Assembly (NCBI RefSeq): GCF_023055435.1 | Contig: NW_025963779.1 | Location: 22,444,001 to 22,508,000 of the forward strand | Direction of reading: 5' to 3' | DNA: 64,000 nucleotides | DNA from: Haliotis rufescens | Taxonomy: Eukaryota | Part shown: one piece after another, positions 1 through 12,904 of the stretch | Layout: each line of letters opens with the position of its first letter | Numbering within the stretch: the stretch's first letter is position 1 | The notes under the pieces: generated by a model | The model's input: only the letters and a program-made list of their open reading frames with translations | What the model was told of the DNA's origin: nothing | Database searches by the model: none | Translations under genes and position numbers: made by a program

Positions 1-734
1 TTTCCCAATATATTTCAATAATATTGCAATATGTTTTTGAAATATTGCAATATATCGCAATACACTTTTTGGTCCAATTCCCAACCCTAATATCTGGTTT
101 ATTGAAGCCCTAGTAAAATCCTTTCAGTTCCCCTTCAGCAATGACACTCAGGACCAGTGGAATGGATCGATATCCACAACAAGCACACTTCTTTTTCATG
201 TAACCTTATCAGTTGTAATCACATGAGTTGTCTTGATATGCTACAGTATTGTCAGATGCATTTATAAGTTGTGATGGTTCCTAAACAAATAAAAAAGAAA
301 CCTGAAATACAAGAATATATATATGTATATATATACTCTTAACACGTTACACTGGAAATGAGGGTAAAATATATACTTCAGAGATTTGGAGAAAACAAGT
401 ATCTCTCAATTTTCACTTGTTTCGGACAAAGAGACGAGTGGCTGTGTCCAACTCTGTTGCTGTAAATACCATACAGGGGCAGCAAGGCAGAAGTCATGTC
501 AGATGCCTTCACCCATTCAGCAACAACTAATTGCGGTGCCTTCCTTCCTTTGTTTTGTTTGTTGGTTGGTTTTGGGGTAGGTGTGATCACTATTCACCAT
601 CCATGTGTTCCACTCCCTCCTCACGTTGGCCTTGAATGGTTAATTGAGACAAACATGAAGTGGCTGCACCAGGGATGTGCAGCCTCTGGGGATCACTGCC
701 TGCTGTATTTTACTGTCCGCCAACTTCTTCTTTA

Positions 735-1085
735 TAGCTTCGCACAAATGAGCTCAGAACACATACCACACAAGCAGGGACTTGCAGCCCCCAGCACTCC
801 CAGGTCTCTTCATCCGGACATTGTCAATCCACTTGTGTACTAGAGACTCGTCCATCCACCCCTTTTCTTGTACTGTGACGTACACGCCACTGGGGAATTG
901 TCTTTCGCCTTCAGCTTCCGCTTGAATATCAGCATCAGTGTCAGCTTGGTCCCATCGGCCATAAGAGGTCAACACCATGGTGAAGTGTTATTTCTCTGTT
1001 TCACATGTTCATACTGACACAGTTGAAGTCCCCTTGGTGTCAATATTCCTTGATCCTCGCATGTCAAAGTTGAGAGGGTTTTTTC
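735..1085 (-). mobile_element. Decayed pogo/Tigger-type DDE transposase fragment
   Basis: The minus strand gives ...FTMVLT...GVYVTVQEKGWMDESLVHKWIDNV...SLLVW..F*AHL, typical of the DDE_1 (pogo/CENP-B-like) domain, and is disrupted by stops. Confidence 0.75.
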
Positions 1086-1287
1086 GGAAACTACTTTTTC
1101 AGTGCTTTTAATTTCCAGAAAAACTTTACTCTTGAATTCCACACTTCAATATATCACAAAATTTGATGTCATTAGGCCTGACCAATTTAATTTCTTGAAT
1201 TTTTTTAATTAAATAGCTGAAGGTAAAACCTGGTGACCGTAGATACAGTTACATATCAATCTTCAGAGGTTCAGGTCAAAAATGAAT

Positions 1288-1566
1288 GGGGGTACGAGTG
1301 GCCCAGTCGTCTAAGGCGCCACGATTTTCTGTGCTGAGTTGTGTCCCTTGGGCACGCCAGAAACCTATAATTGTGGGTTCGAATCCTGGTTCGCCCCGAT
1401 TATGTTTCTAGGTTTGTCAGCACCATACGCGTGCTCGTGGGTTTCATTGAAGTTGTAAACGTCTGATACCTGCATCACTTTGGGATTTCCTCCCACATTA
1501 AGCTGATACGCCGTGGTATAACTGGAATACTGCTAAAAGCAGCGTTAAACCCTAATTCACTCACTC
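1288..1566 (+). mobile_element. tRNA-derived SINE family A
   Basis: A box (tggcccagtcgt), B box (ggttcgaatcc), (actc)n tail and TSD tcaaaaatgaa on both sides; several copies occur in the window. Confidence 0.9.
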
Positions 1567-1589
1567 AAAAATGAAAGCAAATGCCATCT

Positions 1590-2450
1590 GAAGTTTACTG
1601 AGAAAACTACTGGGGTATGTGAAATGCTGGACTTCCTCATTGATATCATCTATATACGTGGGGTAAGACATTTAGGCAAGAAGTAGATTTGGGCACCAAT
1701 TGTGCTCCCCTTCTTACTGATGTGTTTCACTGTTCACATGAATTGAAATTTCTGCTCGAATTGGCAAATTCAAAACAAAGGAAATTTGGTCAGAAAGTTA
1801 AACTTTAGCTTCAGGTGTGTTGATGATCTGGTATCATTCAAAGACCAAATATCCAAATCACTTCCACAGATTTACCCACCTGAACTAGAAATAAAGGACT
1901 CCAATGAGACCGCCTCATCTGTTTTATAGATCTATGCATACAAAATCAGCGTGACAAAACACTCTCCACAAGAGGGATGTCTGCAACTGTTCAATAGTCA
2001 ACTTTCCTTTTTTGTCGAGCAATATTCCTGCAGCTCCAGACTTTGGTGTTCACAACTTTTGAGGTACAATCGAGCATGCTCTTTCTACCAAGATTTCAAA
2101 GAGCGTCATACAACTATGCTCAGAAGCTGCTTGATCAAGGTTACAACATTCAAAGCCTCAGTAAAGCTTTCAAAAACTATTGTGGAAGACAAATTTGATG
2201 CATCACTGACAAAAAATAATGTCCACTGTTATTTCCTATTGTGGCTTGTAACCTAATGTTCCCGTGTTTTTTAAGGTGAACAAATGACTTGCCTTTGAAT
2301 GAGTCTGTGATGGGTGGCACCATAGGGGAAGGATGCGCTCACCTTTTAGCGAACACCTGGTATCATCACTATCTGCTAGTGATTCATAAACACATTCTCA
2401 TGATATTGTCACAATATAATGGACTCTACTTTTGGCAGAGATTTCTTAAG
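1590..2450 (+). mobile_element. Decayed Penelope-like retroelement reverse transcriptase remnant plus 3' region
   Basis: Fragments GTNCAPLL.D.F, FRCVDDL (YIDD-like), IYPPELEIKD and SQLLRYNRACSFYQDF, with frameshifts. The 3' part recurs at about 51915-52040. Confidence 0.75.
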
Positions 2451-3337
2451 AATATGGAAAGGGTTTTGTTGCTTTTGTTTATTATTGTGTATGGCTTTTC
2501 TTTGTGAAGATGTCAAGAGTCAGGAGGAAAAATAAACAATAAATGTTGTCAGGGTTGATTTGACGTTACTTTCCTAAATAATATAACTAAATATTAAACA
2601 CTGATTTGACATGACTTGAACTCTGCCAAAAGAGTCAATTTGACCAAGTACCTTGAAAAGTCATAATATAAATTTTATGACTTATCAGATATAGTCATGG
2701 TGAATGTAAAACTGTCCAGTAATCCAATTATCAAGTGGTCTTAGTGCACAAAGCAAGGGGGCTAAGTAACATGGAGCTTTAGAGGCAGAAGCCATAGAAA
2801 ACAGCCAGATCTGAATGGGTCTGACGGAAGCCTTTATAAATGGTTTAGGCAGTGGGTGTTATGAATGCCATGTTAATCTGAGTACCGACAATGTTATTGA
2901 CAACAGACACAGTTTTATAACATGGCTCCTTGGAGTGGCAATCTTGATGGGACATTCGTGGGATGAACTCGGATATCCAGATGAATATCTGTAGCTAAGG
3001 TAAGACAATAGGCAGAACGGGCAATGTGTTGGCTTGAACATCGGAGATTCAGAACATTTAGCCACAACTGACAGCAGAGGAAAAGGTATTCAACACCAGC
3101 CTGACATTACTAAGCAATATTTCCCATTTGTCAAACTGTACAGCGAATATATGTCCTTGGGTTTTTATCTGAGTTTAGAGTGAAAAGTTATTCTCTTCTT
3201 ACAGATTATGAACTTTTCTAATTACCTATGACTTAACACATGCATGTTCCCAAGAGGTGTGAACAAACTTACCTAAGTAGTATCCTAAGTGAGTATGGTG
3301 TTTATTAGTCATTGACTTACAGGAAGTTAATATATGT

Positions 3338-3493
3338 CAGGGGTAGAAACTAACATATTTAGTCCACAAGTCCTTATAATGATAACATATAGCAAAACAC
3401 TTAAAAATGGCAAATTTCTACTAGTCCTTATGATACCTTAACTATTGGGCAGTTTGGCAAGGACTACAGGACTAGTGCCAATTTCTACCACTG
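3338..3493. mobile_element. Small MITE
   Basis: TIRs caggggtagaaa / tttctaccactg, flanked by tatgt on both sides. Confidence 0.5.
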
Positions 3494-4592
3494 TATGTCA
3501 CACTGATTGGAGTGTATCTTGAACCAACTTTGTGGAATCACAGCCTCTTCAAATATACACAAATCATTCAGCAGGGCCTAGATGGTAATATTCAAAAGTA
3601 AAGTTTTAACAAGGAAATTTATTATTGATGGTGCTCTATGGATATTATGTCTAAATGATAATATACCCAACAGACAACAGCAACCTGCTACCATAGAGAC
3701 TAATATGCATACCCCACAAATGTTGAAACAGAATGGATGATGTCTTTAAACAATGAAGCAAAATGTAAAAATGCATGTCCATGACCCTGTAAATCTGTGC
3801 TAAGGCAAATATAGAGTTGCATGCTCCACAACACTAACGTTAAGTTGAACACTTTCAGTGATGAACAACACATTACATACACCAGTCTAGTCTGTCTCAC
3901 AGTCCCTGAACAATAGTATTGCCCCTTCCACCAAGTCCTTACTGTAATGCTATTGTAATAAAGCAAGTCTACATTTTCCCCAGGTTCAGGAATCTCCCAT
4001 TCCTTTTTAATTTAAATGTAATTGACTGTTTCTATCAAAACTATATATTTTCAGAGACTTAGCATAGTCTAACATCAGTCATGAAACAATATAACCAGTA
4101 TCAACAAAACAAAGACAGGCAATATATACAGTACATCTTATCACACAAAACAAGCAGATAAACACGATGCCCTACTGAGATTAGATTTAGAAACGACTAA
4201 ACTGCTTCAGCTTTCATCCTGTTAGAGTGGGTATGTAGCTAATCTGTCAACTAGAGAGTTCCCCTCTTATCTCCATGTTACCCACTATGTATGGGGTAGT
4301 CTCAGGTCGTTGTCATAGGCCAAGCCAATACACACAACTTTCTGCTCCATGTACACTCAAGATTATCTTGTCAAGAGTAAAGAACATGTTGAATGATTGA
4401 GCCTGGGACGGCTCAGCTATTTCTTTGGCAGCTCTCTATATACAAGGTAGGTGGTCTTTTGTTCATGATTTTTTAAAACAGAAATGAAACCATGCCTTTT
4501 GTTCAACATGTTAAATAAATATAAGTTTCTACAGATGTACATATATATATATCATTTGTATACAGAATTGTGTACATGATCTATCTGCTTGT

Positions 4593-4883
4593 GGGGGCAC
4601 GGGTGGCTCAGTTGTCTAACGCGCTGCGATTTGCTGTGCAGAGTTGCTGTGCAGAGTTGCGTCCCTTGACCACGCCAGAAACCTATGGTTGTGGGTTCGA
4701 ATCCCGGTTCACCCCGATTATGTTTCTAGGTTTGACAGCACCGTACCCGTGCTCGTGGGTTTCACTGAAGTGGTACAAGTCTGAGACCTGCATCACTTCG
4801 GGCTTTCCTCCCACATTAAGTTGACACGTCGTGATATAACTGTAATACTGTTAAAAGCGGCGTTAAACCCAACTCACTCACTC
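4593..4883 (+). mobile_element. SINE family A copy
   Basis: Collinear with 1288-1566; TSD-like tctatctg. Confidence 0.9.
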
Positions 4884-5016
4884 TATCTGTATGTGTGAAA
4901 AGTTGTCTAATCATGGTTGGCATAATCCACAACTGATTAATTGATGATGATTTCCTGAGATCAGGCATGTGTAAGTAAATTATTATTACACATTAAATTT
5001 CAAATCATGACGAAAA

Positions 5017-5089
5017 GGTGAGGTGAGGTGAGATGAAATTTGGTTTAACGTCGCGTCCAAGATTATTGCACTTATATAGCGACGTGCAT

Positions 5090-5156
<67 letters not shown>

Positions 5157-5405
5157 TGCTTGTACAAGTCAAGACTAATGCCGATTTATAGTGCTAGCCC
5201 ACTAGGATACCATGCCACAGTATAACATGAATACCCCACTCAGACACAGTATACTGACTCCGAGCTGACCAGTCCTTGTTTTAGACCCTTAATGCCAAGC
5301 GCCAGACAGTGTAACAACAAGTACCATCTTTTAGTATGAAGCGTCCGGGGATCAAACCCCAGACCTTCCGCTCTCCAGGCGGACACTCTACCACTAGGCT
5401 GCCGA
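5017..5405 (-). mobile_element. tRNA-derived SINE family D (resembles molluscan Meta/RUDI-type SINEs) with an internal (CA)n expansion
   Basis: The minus strand has an A/B-box head and a (tcacc)n tail. It is collinear with 23532-23886 and has (TG)n at about 5094-5155. The family name is from recall. Confidence 0.85.
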
Positions 5406-6298
5406 CAAATAGGAGATTAAAGTCTATGATATAATTATAATCCATCATTGGGATTGCCTAATAGTAATGAATGATCATTACTGACTCATCACATGATCAA
5501 AATAACAAGCATTATGTTAAAGAGATTGAAATGAAAACTTCATATGTCTATCTTGCTGCTATATTCAGACAGCTGAAATATCAAGGTGGAGCTCTGTACC
5601 CATCCAGGAATATGCTGCCTATGCCACAGCCTCTACAAACAATTATCTATTTAAATTTCTTAGGAAATAATAAACAAAATATAAGGATATACCTTGCATA
5701 TACCAAATTATAGACATCTCAACTGTTACTTTCAGTGTTTAAAAGCCCCTCCCTGCCCCATGTAAAACAACACAAACATATTGATCAGCAATGTTGATGG
5801 TTGAAAGCCTACAGCATTGAATATTGATGGCTCAGTTCCCTGTCACGCCTTTGAAATAGATCAACACTGGGGTATTCATTTCGGGACATTCTTGTGAGGG
5901 GATCCATCAAGGGAGGTATTCACTTGTTGACAAGCTCAACACTGGAGAAACAATATGTGGAGAGTACCGGGTGGGTTACGTTCTAGCTGTGCACAACTGA
6001 AGTCTCCCAATGCTGTATGTTGGTATAATCATTTTCTGTCTGTTCAAAATTTGTTCTGATTGTCATGTAATATGTTTTGTAATAAGGCTTTCAATTTATT
6101 TGGAATCTTTACTATACCACTTTCAAAATCTTTTAAACTGCTTGTTGTCATTCTATTTAAACATTTTGTTCTATATTCTTTTCAAATAGATACATATATG
6201 AATTGAAATTGTGCAGTTTCTTAAGTTATTAATGGATATATAAATGCAATATATGCTGTCATCTTATAACTGTATAATTGAAAAATAAAAACATCTGC

Positions 6299-6421
6299 AT
6301 GAACAACTTCTGTATTACAATTAGTAGCGCCGTTTTGGTGTAGGTTCTAACACTGTTATCAAGCAAGTGTTAGAACCTACACCGAAACGTCGCTCCTTAT
6401 TGTAATAAAGAAGTCGTTCAT
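6299..6421. repeat. Inverted repeat (about 56-bp arms, 11-nt spacer), Penelope pLTR-like
   Basis: atgaacaacttc...ggtgtaggttctaacact is the reverse complement, with few mismatches, of agtgttagaacctacacc...gaagtcgttcat. Confidence 0.8.
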
Positions 6422-7642
6422 CCATATATCTTATCCTTACTTAGTACTCCAACTTCTAAATGCCTTTCAAAGAAATAAAAAAATCAATCATAATTATGAT
6501 GATGTGGACTACACATCTTATAGGCTGACCATGCATCACTGAACACAACAAACCACTTGTGGCATAGTAGACACAATTTATGGATAACAACTTTTTTATG
6601 TTCTGTGAGGGGGATGTTTCAGTAGAGATCCTTATACCGTTTCATAAAATTTCATAAACAGTTAAATGAAGATTACAAAAATTGCACAGCAGAATTTGAA
6701 TATAAAATTTCGAAATTGTTACCGCAGATAAAAATTAGTTTTGCCCTTGAGTACATGTAAAGATTCTATATTCTTTTGTTGCTGACTTCTTACATTATTG
6801 ATCATGAATGTTCCTTTGCATTAGATGTTATTTTCAACGTAGTCCTATTTTACCTGTCGATTGAAAAGTGCTAAACTGAAAGCACAACATGAGGTTTCAG
6901 TGATAAATCTTGTGCCATCAAATCTGCAAGTAACACTGCTCCGTCCTCAAGCACATTATGCTTAACTCCATTCTACTCATGACAAAATTAGATGTGAACT
7001 CTGTGGCCTTAGCAAAGCACCAACTTTCAAGCTCTCTGTAGTCCTTAACATTTAAGATATCTTCTAGTTCATTTCTATCTGGTGTTCTGGCCAAAATGTA
7101 TTGCCACACACGCTTGAAGATTGTAGTAGCCGCAGTCTGCATTTTGTAACTTGTTGTCAGTTGTACATATCATGACTTCAAAAGCCCTACAATGATTGCA
7201 AAAGAGAGTATGGTTTTATGCCTTTTGCAGCAATATTCCATTAATATCGCAGTGGGGATACCAGAATTGGGGATCCACATTACCCATGTTGGTCGTGAAA
7301 ACTGAGCCTTTGGCATAAGTAAAAAACACTTAAGCCACAAGGCTACCTGATTTGAGAAAGCTTCCAGTGATACAGTCATCAAATCAGTTGTTTCAACATG
7401 ATGTGCTTTAAACCTCCAAAAGATCAATCAGAATTGAGTATGCAGAACTGAGTATTTTCTATAATCATGGTAGAGTACTCAATGAACTAATTTATTCTCT
7501 ACTTGATTTTACAGGTTTCAACTGACATGACACATAAAGCCAAGTGAGGAACAGAGCATCAACTTAATATCACGAGAATGAAACTACAATAAATACATCT
7601 TTGCACATTCCATTTGATCTAATAAACTTAAAAGGAAAAACA

Positions 7643-8638
7643 ATGGCCAGTTCTCTGAAAGAAAATAATCCTGATATCATTGATGACGATATCCAACGAC
7701 GAGTCCAGGCATTGTTAAGCAGCAAACAATCACACGACAATGGCATCCAGGCATCATCCATATACGAGGAAGATATAGATGACCTTGAGGTGACCTTGAA
7801 GAAAGTTCTCCAAGCTGAGAGGAATCACTGGAAGGAGAAGCTCCAGAGTTCAATGCAGGAGATTGACAAGCAGCACAAAGTGATTCTGTCAGCACAGTCA
7901 GAATTACAAGCTCTTGCTGATGAGGTTGGGGTGGTACCTCACAATGATGTAGAGGATGACTATAATAGCTGGGGCAGTTCAAAGGATCTTGTAAAATGTC
8001 TCCAAGACTATATTCACAAACTCCAAGAATCCAAGACGGAGACACCAAGAGATCCACAGCCATCTGTGGTTGATCTAAAACTTAAAAGCACCATAAGCTC
8101 TCTGAAGAAGGAAAAGACTGAACATTTAGCCACCATTACATCTCAGAGCAACCAAATCCGTTGGCTTCAGACTGAGCTGAATTCATACAAACATAAAGTT
8201 CACAAATACAGGAAAATTGTGAAAAATTATAATGAACAGACTTCCTCACATTTTCATCTTGATGATATAGAAACTTCCAAGAAATTTCCTAATCAGCAGA
8301 TTGAGAAACAAGGAGGGGAGAGGGTATATGTTGAAGGGGAACAACTGACATATCCTAATCCGAATGATGAGATTGCATCATGGACACAAAGGTCCAATCA
8401 GAAAGGAAAGGATGCACTTCGAGGGAGTCCTCGAGCTGGTATTAGTCAGTGTCTGAGATGTCAGAAACTGTTTAAGCCGAATGAGAACACCAAGTTGGCA
8501 TGTCGCTTTCACAAGAAGGGTCGTGAGATCAAGGAACAGTACGATGACTCTGGTAGACTCTGCAGGGTTGTATATAAGTGGGCATGTTGTAAGAAGGTCC
8601 TGGACTCACCAGGATGTTCTTATGGATTCCATGTCTAG
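7643..8638 (+). CDS. Coiled-coil protein (331 aa) with C-terminal CHORD/BTK-like Cys/His zinc finger; single coding exon ('gene 0')
   Basis: Long open frame with an ATG in good context (acaATGg) at 7643 and a likely acceptor ttgattttacAG at 7514. The middle is heptad-rich. The C-terminus CLRCQKLF..N...CRFH..G...WACC....PGC..G.H matches the recalled CHORD-like ligand spacing. Confidence 0.85.
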   Translation: MASSLKENNPDIIDDDIQRRVQALLSSKQSHDNGIQASSIYEEDIDDLEVTLKKVLQAERNHWKEKLQSSMQEIDKQHKVILSAQSELQALADEVGVVPHNDVEDDYNSWGSSKDLVKCLQDYIHKLQESKTETPRDPQPSVVDLKLKSTISSLKKEKTEHLATITSQSNQIRWLQTELNSYKHKVHKYRKIVKNYNEQTSSHFHLDDIETSKKFPNQQIEKQGGERVYVEGEQLTYPNPNDEIASWTQRSNQKGKDALRGSPRAGISQCLRCQKLFKPNENTKLACRFHKKGREIKEQYDDSGRLCRVVYKWACCKKVLDSPGCSYGFHV

Positions 8639-11600
8639 AGAAAGATCTGCTGTACCTTTACCGGATGAGGATGAGGATGAGGATAATGCCTTATTACCGT
8701 GAGAATGTTCTTGATATAAAGAATCTCACAACTTAATTTGGGCTGTAGAATTATGTTGATGGGCTCATAGTGATCTAGTGATTTAAATGACCCACCTCAG
8801 CTTCTCAAGAGAACACAGGACAACAAACAGGATGATAAATATGAGCTAATTACTATGCATTCCATGTCTAAGATTTCCGGTGGCACAACTCTAAAGCGTT
8901 TGGTTCTTCAGGTTGTTTTATTTTGGATGTCTTTTATGCTCATGAAATTCAGTTTTCAACACACAAGAAAATAACATGATGCCCAATCAACACTGATAAT
9001 CTGCTGTATAAATACTGTGTGGTCACTGGCATGACATTCACTTGTATGTGATAGCCTCTCAATCAAATCCAAAGGTACCCATGAGTTTAAACATGGAGGC
9101 ATAATATAACCACATGGAAGCGATCATAAAGTATATATGGTATGCATTCTGGAATAAAAAGGGGATTTCAAGAATTTCTTTTGTGGAGTGATGAGCCATA
9201 AAAGGTACACTTTGAAAACCTTCCACTGTTCAATAAACATTTCTGGATGCCACAGGCATTGCAGCAACCAAATTCTGCTTTAAGGAGATATACCAGTGAT
9301 TAATGTGTTTTCAGTTTTCACTGTTAAGAAACAAAGATTGCAAATGTTGTATTGATGTAAAGATAATAAAAATGAAATTTCAATATGCGTCTTCATGTAC
9401 CTATGTCAGTGTATGCTGGTCATATACCTGACATTCTGTGGAAAGTTTTTTAGGAATTCCATATATCTTAAAATGACAGGAAAAAAAGTGACACTGCATA
9501 TCACATGAAAAGTGTCAAGTAGTCACCACTTTAATGTACTTGAAGTTCATTGATCATGTTAGATCTAATCTTTACAATGATAATGGAGAACCAATCTGTA
9601 ACATTCCTTATGTCAAATATCAAAGCTTAAGTACATTAATCGGCGATCTTTGTCACCCTTCACTAAGCCGTGCGTGGACCCGTCTGGTCAAAACTTAACT
9701 GACAGTGCATATGGTATGCACGATACAAGCGGTACACGGTACTATCACACCTATTGACAGTTAACCAGTATAGGCTTCACCTCAATCAGCAATGTTCACG
9801 CAGGTGTATGGACAGTAATCTTTTCACCTAAACGATGATCTACAAACATATGTTCCATGATTCAATGATACATCAGGGATGACCACGACTGCTTAAATTG
9901 TAATAGTAAGCCACTTGATAGCCATTCAAAGCGAGGCGATGCGATCAGCTGATCGTTCATTCCAGGTCCCTGACTTTGTTGACATTTTGCAATCGGTACA
10001 TAAAATGATGCCCTTGATGTTTGAATATCACGCTTTTAAAAATTAAGTCCATTTTTTTTCATTGTATATGTATGCATATCTATGTTGTATAACCAATGAG
10101 GCAATATATATGCATTTCAGTACAGCGGGTAGGCGATGTGGTACACAAAATGTAAAGGTCTTATGTAATGTAAAGTTTTTCAGTAGATTTTGTGAATTTT
10201 GACAGCAACAGATGTATTTATCAGGTATACAACTGAGAGAGGAGAGTGAGGAGAATATTTCAACAAATTGTGAAAAAAAGGCATAGACATTTTATGTCAT
10301 CAACTAAATATCATAATACAATGTTCAAAAAACCGAATTGGAAATCACTTAAATCCAAGGTGTACACATTTTTTACATAGATGTATTGTGGCTGTTGCCC
10401 AGGACTACCATGATTACATACATTTCAATTATGATAAATAAAAGATAGATATAATTATGGCATTTTTTGAAATTCTAAATAATTTTTTTTGAGACACAGA
10501 GGAGCCTATATATTAGTTTAAATACATATTCAAGGATGCAGATACCAACTACAACTTTTCATATTGTAAATGGAAAACAACATATTCATACTAATTTTCA
10601 ATCACTATAATGCTGATTGTATTAACATTACACAGTGTCTACACCATCAGCTGATTGTAACAGCTCTTTCTAAATTAGACCTTGCTTTGTATGTATTCCT
10701 TATTCCAAACTGATGTTTCAAATTCCCACACAAGCAAATAAAGAATGCCATTCTTTCTTCTCTTTTCATCATTAGATATCTGCATAGCACAATATAATAA
10801 TTTTATTTGATATCTGTTAGGGCTGGGACGTGTACCTCAGGTACTCGGGCCGGGTGGGTATTGAGTAGGACCCGGGTACCCAGAGGACTACCCGGACCCT
10901 TGGTTAGTTATTGATATATTGTTTCATGACAAAAATTTACTATAACTACATGGTTACACAAATCACTAATGTTCACATTTCTTTGTGACTATGATCGCAT
11001 TCCTTCTGACTCATATATGTTTGAATAAAGATAAAACTTCAGTCAAATTCAGTGTATATACATGACCAGGACATTTTATATGTGTATCTAAATACATTTT
11101 GCTCAGGCTATTGTCAAACTATTCTCAATCGGACATTTTGTACCTATATTTTGAAACCAACAGCGGGTAATAGAGGGTGTGAGTACCCGGGTAGTAAATT
11201 TGGACTCCAAGCCCAAATATCTTTGTATACTTGTGCATGTGTATTAGTATTAGATTACACATGCGTGACTTTTTATCCGTCATTACATATAAGAATAATC
11301 TGTTATATGTAAAAACAAATAACATAAATAAATGCATTTAGATATATCTACACAGACTGGTTGTGGAGTTAAATTTGCATTTATGCCATGATCAAAATAT
11401 TTGATTATGAACAAATCAAAATCATATTTGCTGCATCTAATAAATAGACAATACTACAGATGTCTTAAGTACTGCTGAATGTAAATCGTGATACATAGCG
11501 ATAGCATGGTAAATGCATGGGTTGTAAGGGATATAACTTGTAAACATATGCTACCAAAACAAGAAGATACAGCTATCATTTACAACAATGTATATATCAT

Positions 11601-12417
11601 ACTCATCTTGTGGGGGTAGTCAGTATTTGTTGTTTGTTGGGACAAATCTCTGTAACTTACTGCTATTTTATGAGCATGAGTATCAGTATTTTGTAAGAAA
11701 TTGTGCAATATATTAACACCTGTGATGACTCAAAGCACTAAATGATGAGACACATTTTACGAGGGGCATAATAGTACAGGTAAATCTGTTTGTTCAAAGT
11801 GATGACTGGTATGTATATTTCAACTGAGTAACTGAGTGGTTTATAGATGCATGGTAGATATATTTTCTTTTGGTATATTCCTAAAAAATATTAACAGACT
11901 AAAAAAATGAAATTAGATGTAAGAGGTATTGTCTAATTGAAGTAACATTTAAAATTCAGTCTTAACGATATTTCTTCTTCAATTATAAGAACACAGGTGT
12001 ATAATAAGCATACATGATCTAGGCCTGTCAAAGATGTCCGTGTTCTGCAAATGTAGGCGTATTCTATTACATGGTAGTATGAAAACTAATTGCTTTAGAT
12101 TTGAATGCTACAATAGTTAAGGACTTGTAGTGGGAAATAACACAACGGCTGATAAATAAAATGAGTATGCATTATTTCATGTTACCCCAGATTGACACAA
12201 TGCCTTGTTGTTTTCTGACGTGGAAATGCTATGGCAATATACTGTTTTTCATGGCGTTTTTCCTCTTTCTTCCATTGTGTCATTTTGTGTTTTAGTTGAA
12301 GACTCAACAAATGTTGATAATCTAAACTTACAATCACAACAAAATAAATGTTAGTTAAAAATATTCAGTAGTCAAGAACCGTTTTTGAATGAAGTTGCAG
12401 CAGAATAACATTTCAGC

Positions 12418-12530
12418 TTGGCACCGTCACTAAATGCCACTAGTTGTCACAGACCACATTGATCCGAGAACCAGACCAGAAGCGACAACTTGGCACCGTC
12501 ACGAAATGCCACTAGTTGTCGCAGACCACT
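12418..12530. repeat. Local direct duplication of about 41 bp (period about 71)
   Basis: cttggcaccgtcac(t/g)aaatgccactagttgtc(a/g)cagaccac occurs twice. Confidence 0.75.
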
Positions 12531-12640
12531 TTGGAATAAAAAGATTGCCTATTCATATCACTGTATTGTTACAATCCTATAATTAACTTCCCAAATACAA
12601 TCCGCAAGAGTAAGTGATGCTCTGAACTCATAGTTCCACA

Positions 12641-12904
12641 GGGGGGCACATGTGGCCCAGTCACTTAAGGCACAGTGCAGAGTTGCATCCCTTGGGCATG
12701 CCAGAAACCAATGATTGTGGGTTCGAATCCTGGTTCGCCCCAATTATGTTTCTAGGTTTGTCAGCACCATACCCATGCTCTAGGGTTTCACCAAAGTGGT
12801 AAACGTCTGAGACCTGCATCACTTCTTCCCACATTAAACTGACACGCTGTGATATAACTGAAATAATGTTAAAAACTGCGTTGAACCCATCTCACTGACA
12901 CTCA
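12641..12904 (+). mobile_element. SINE family A copy
   Basis: Collinear with the other A copies; TSD cata(g/a)ttccac. Confidence 0.88.

Noticed and set aside
8481-8702. Overlapping ORF ending in DEDEDED
   Set aside because: It is an alternate frame over the zinc-finger region, and the acidic run comes from a short (gatgag)n repeat in the 3' UTR.
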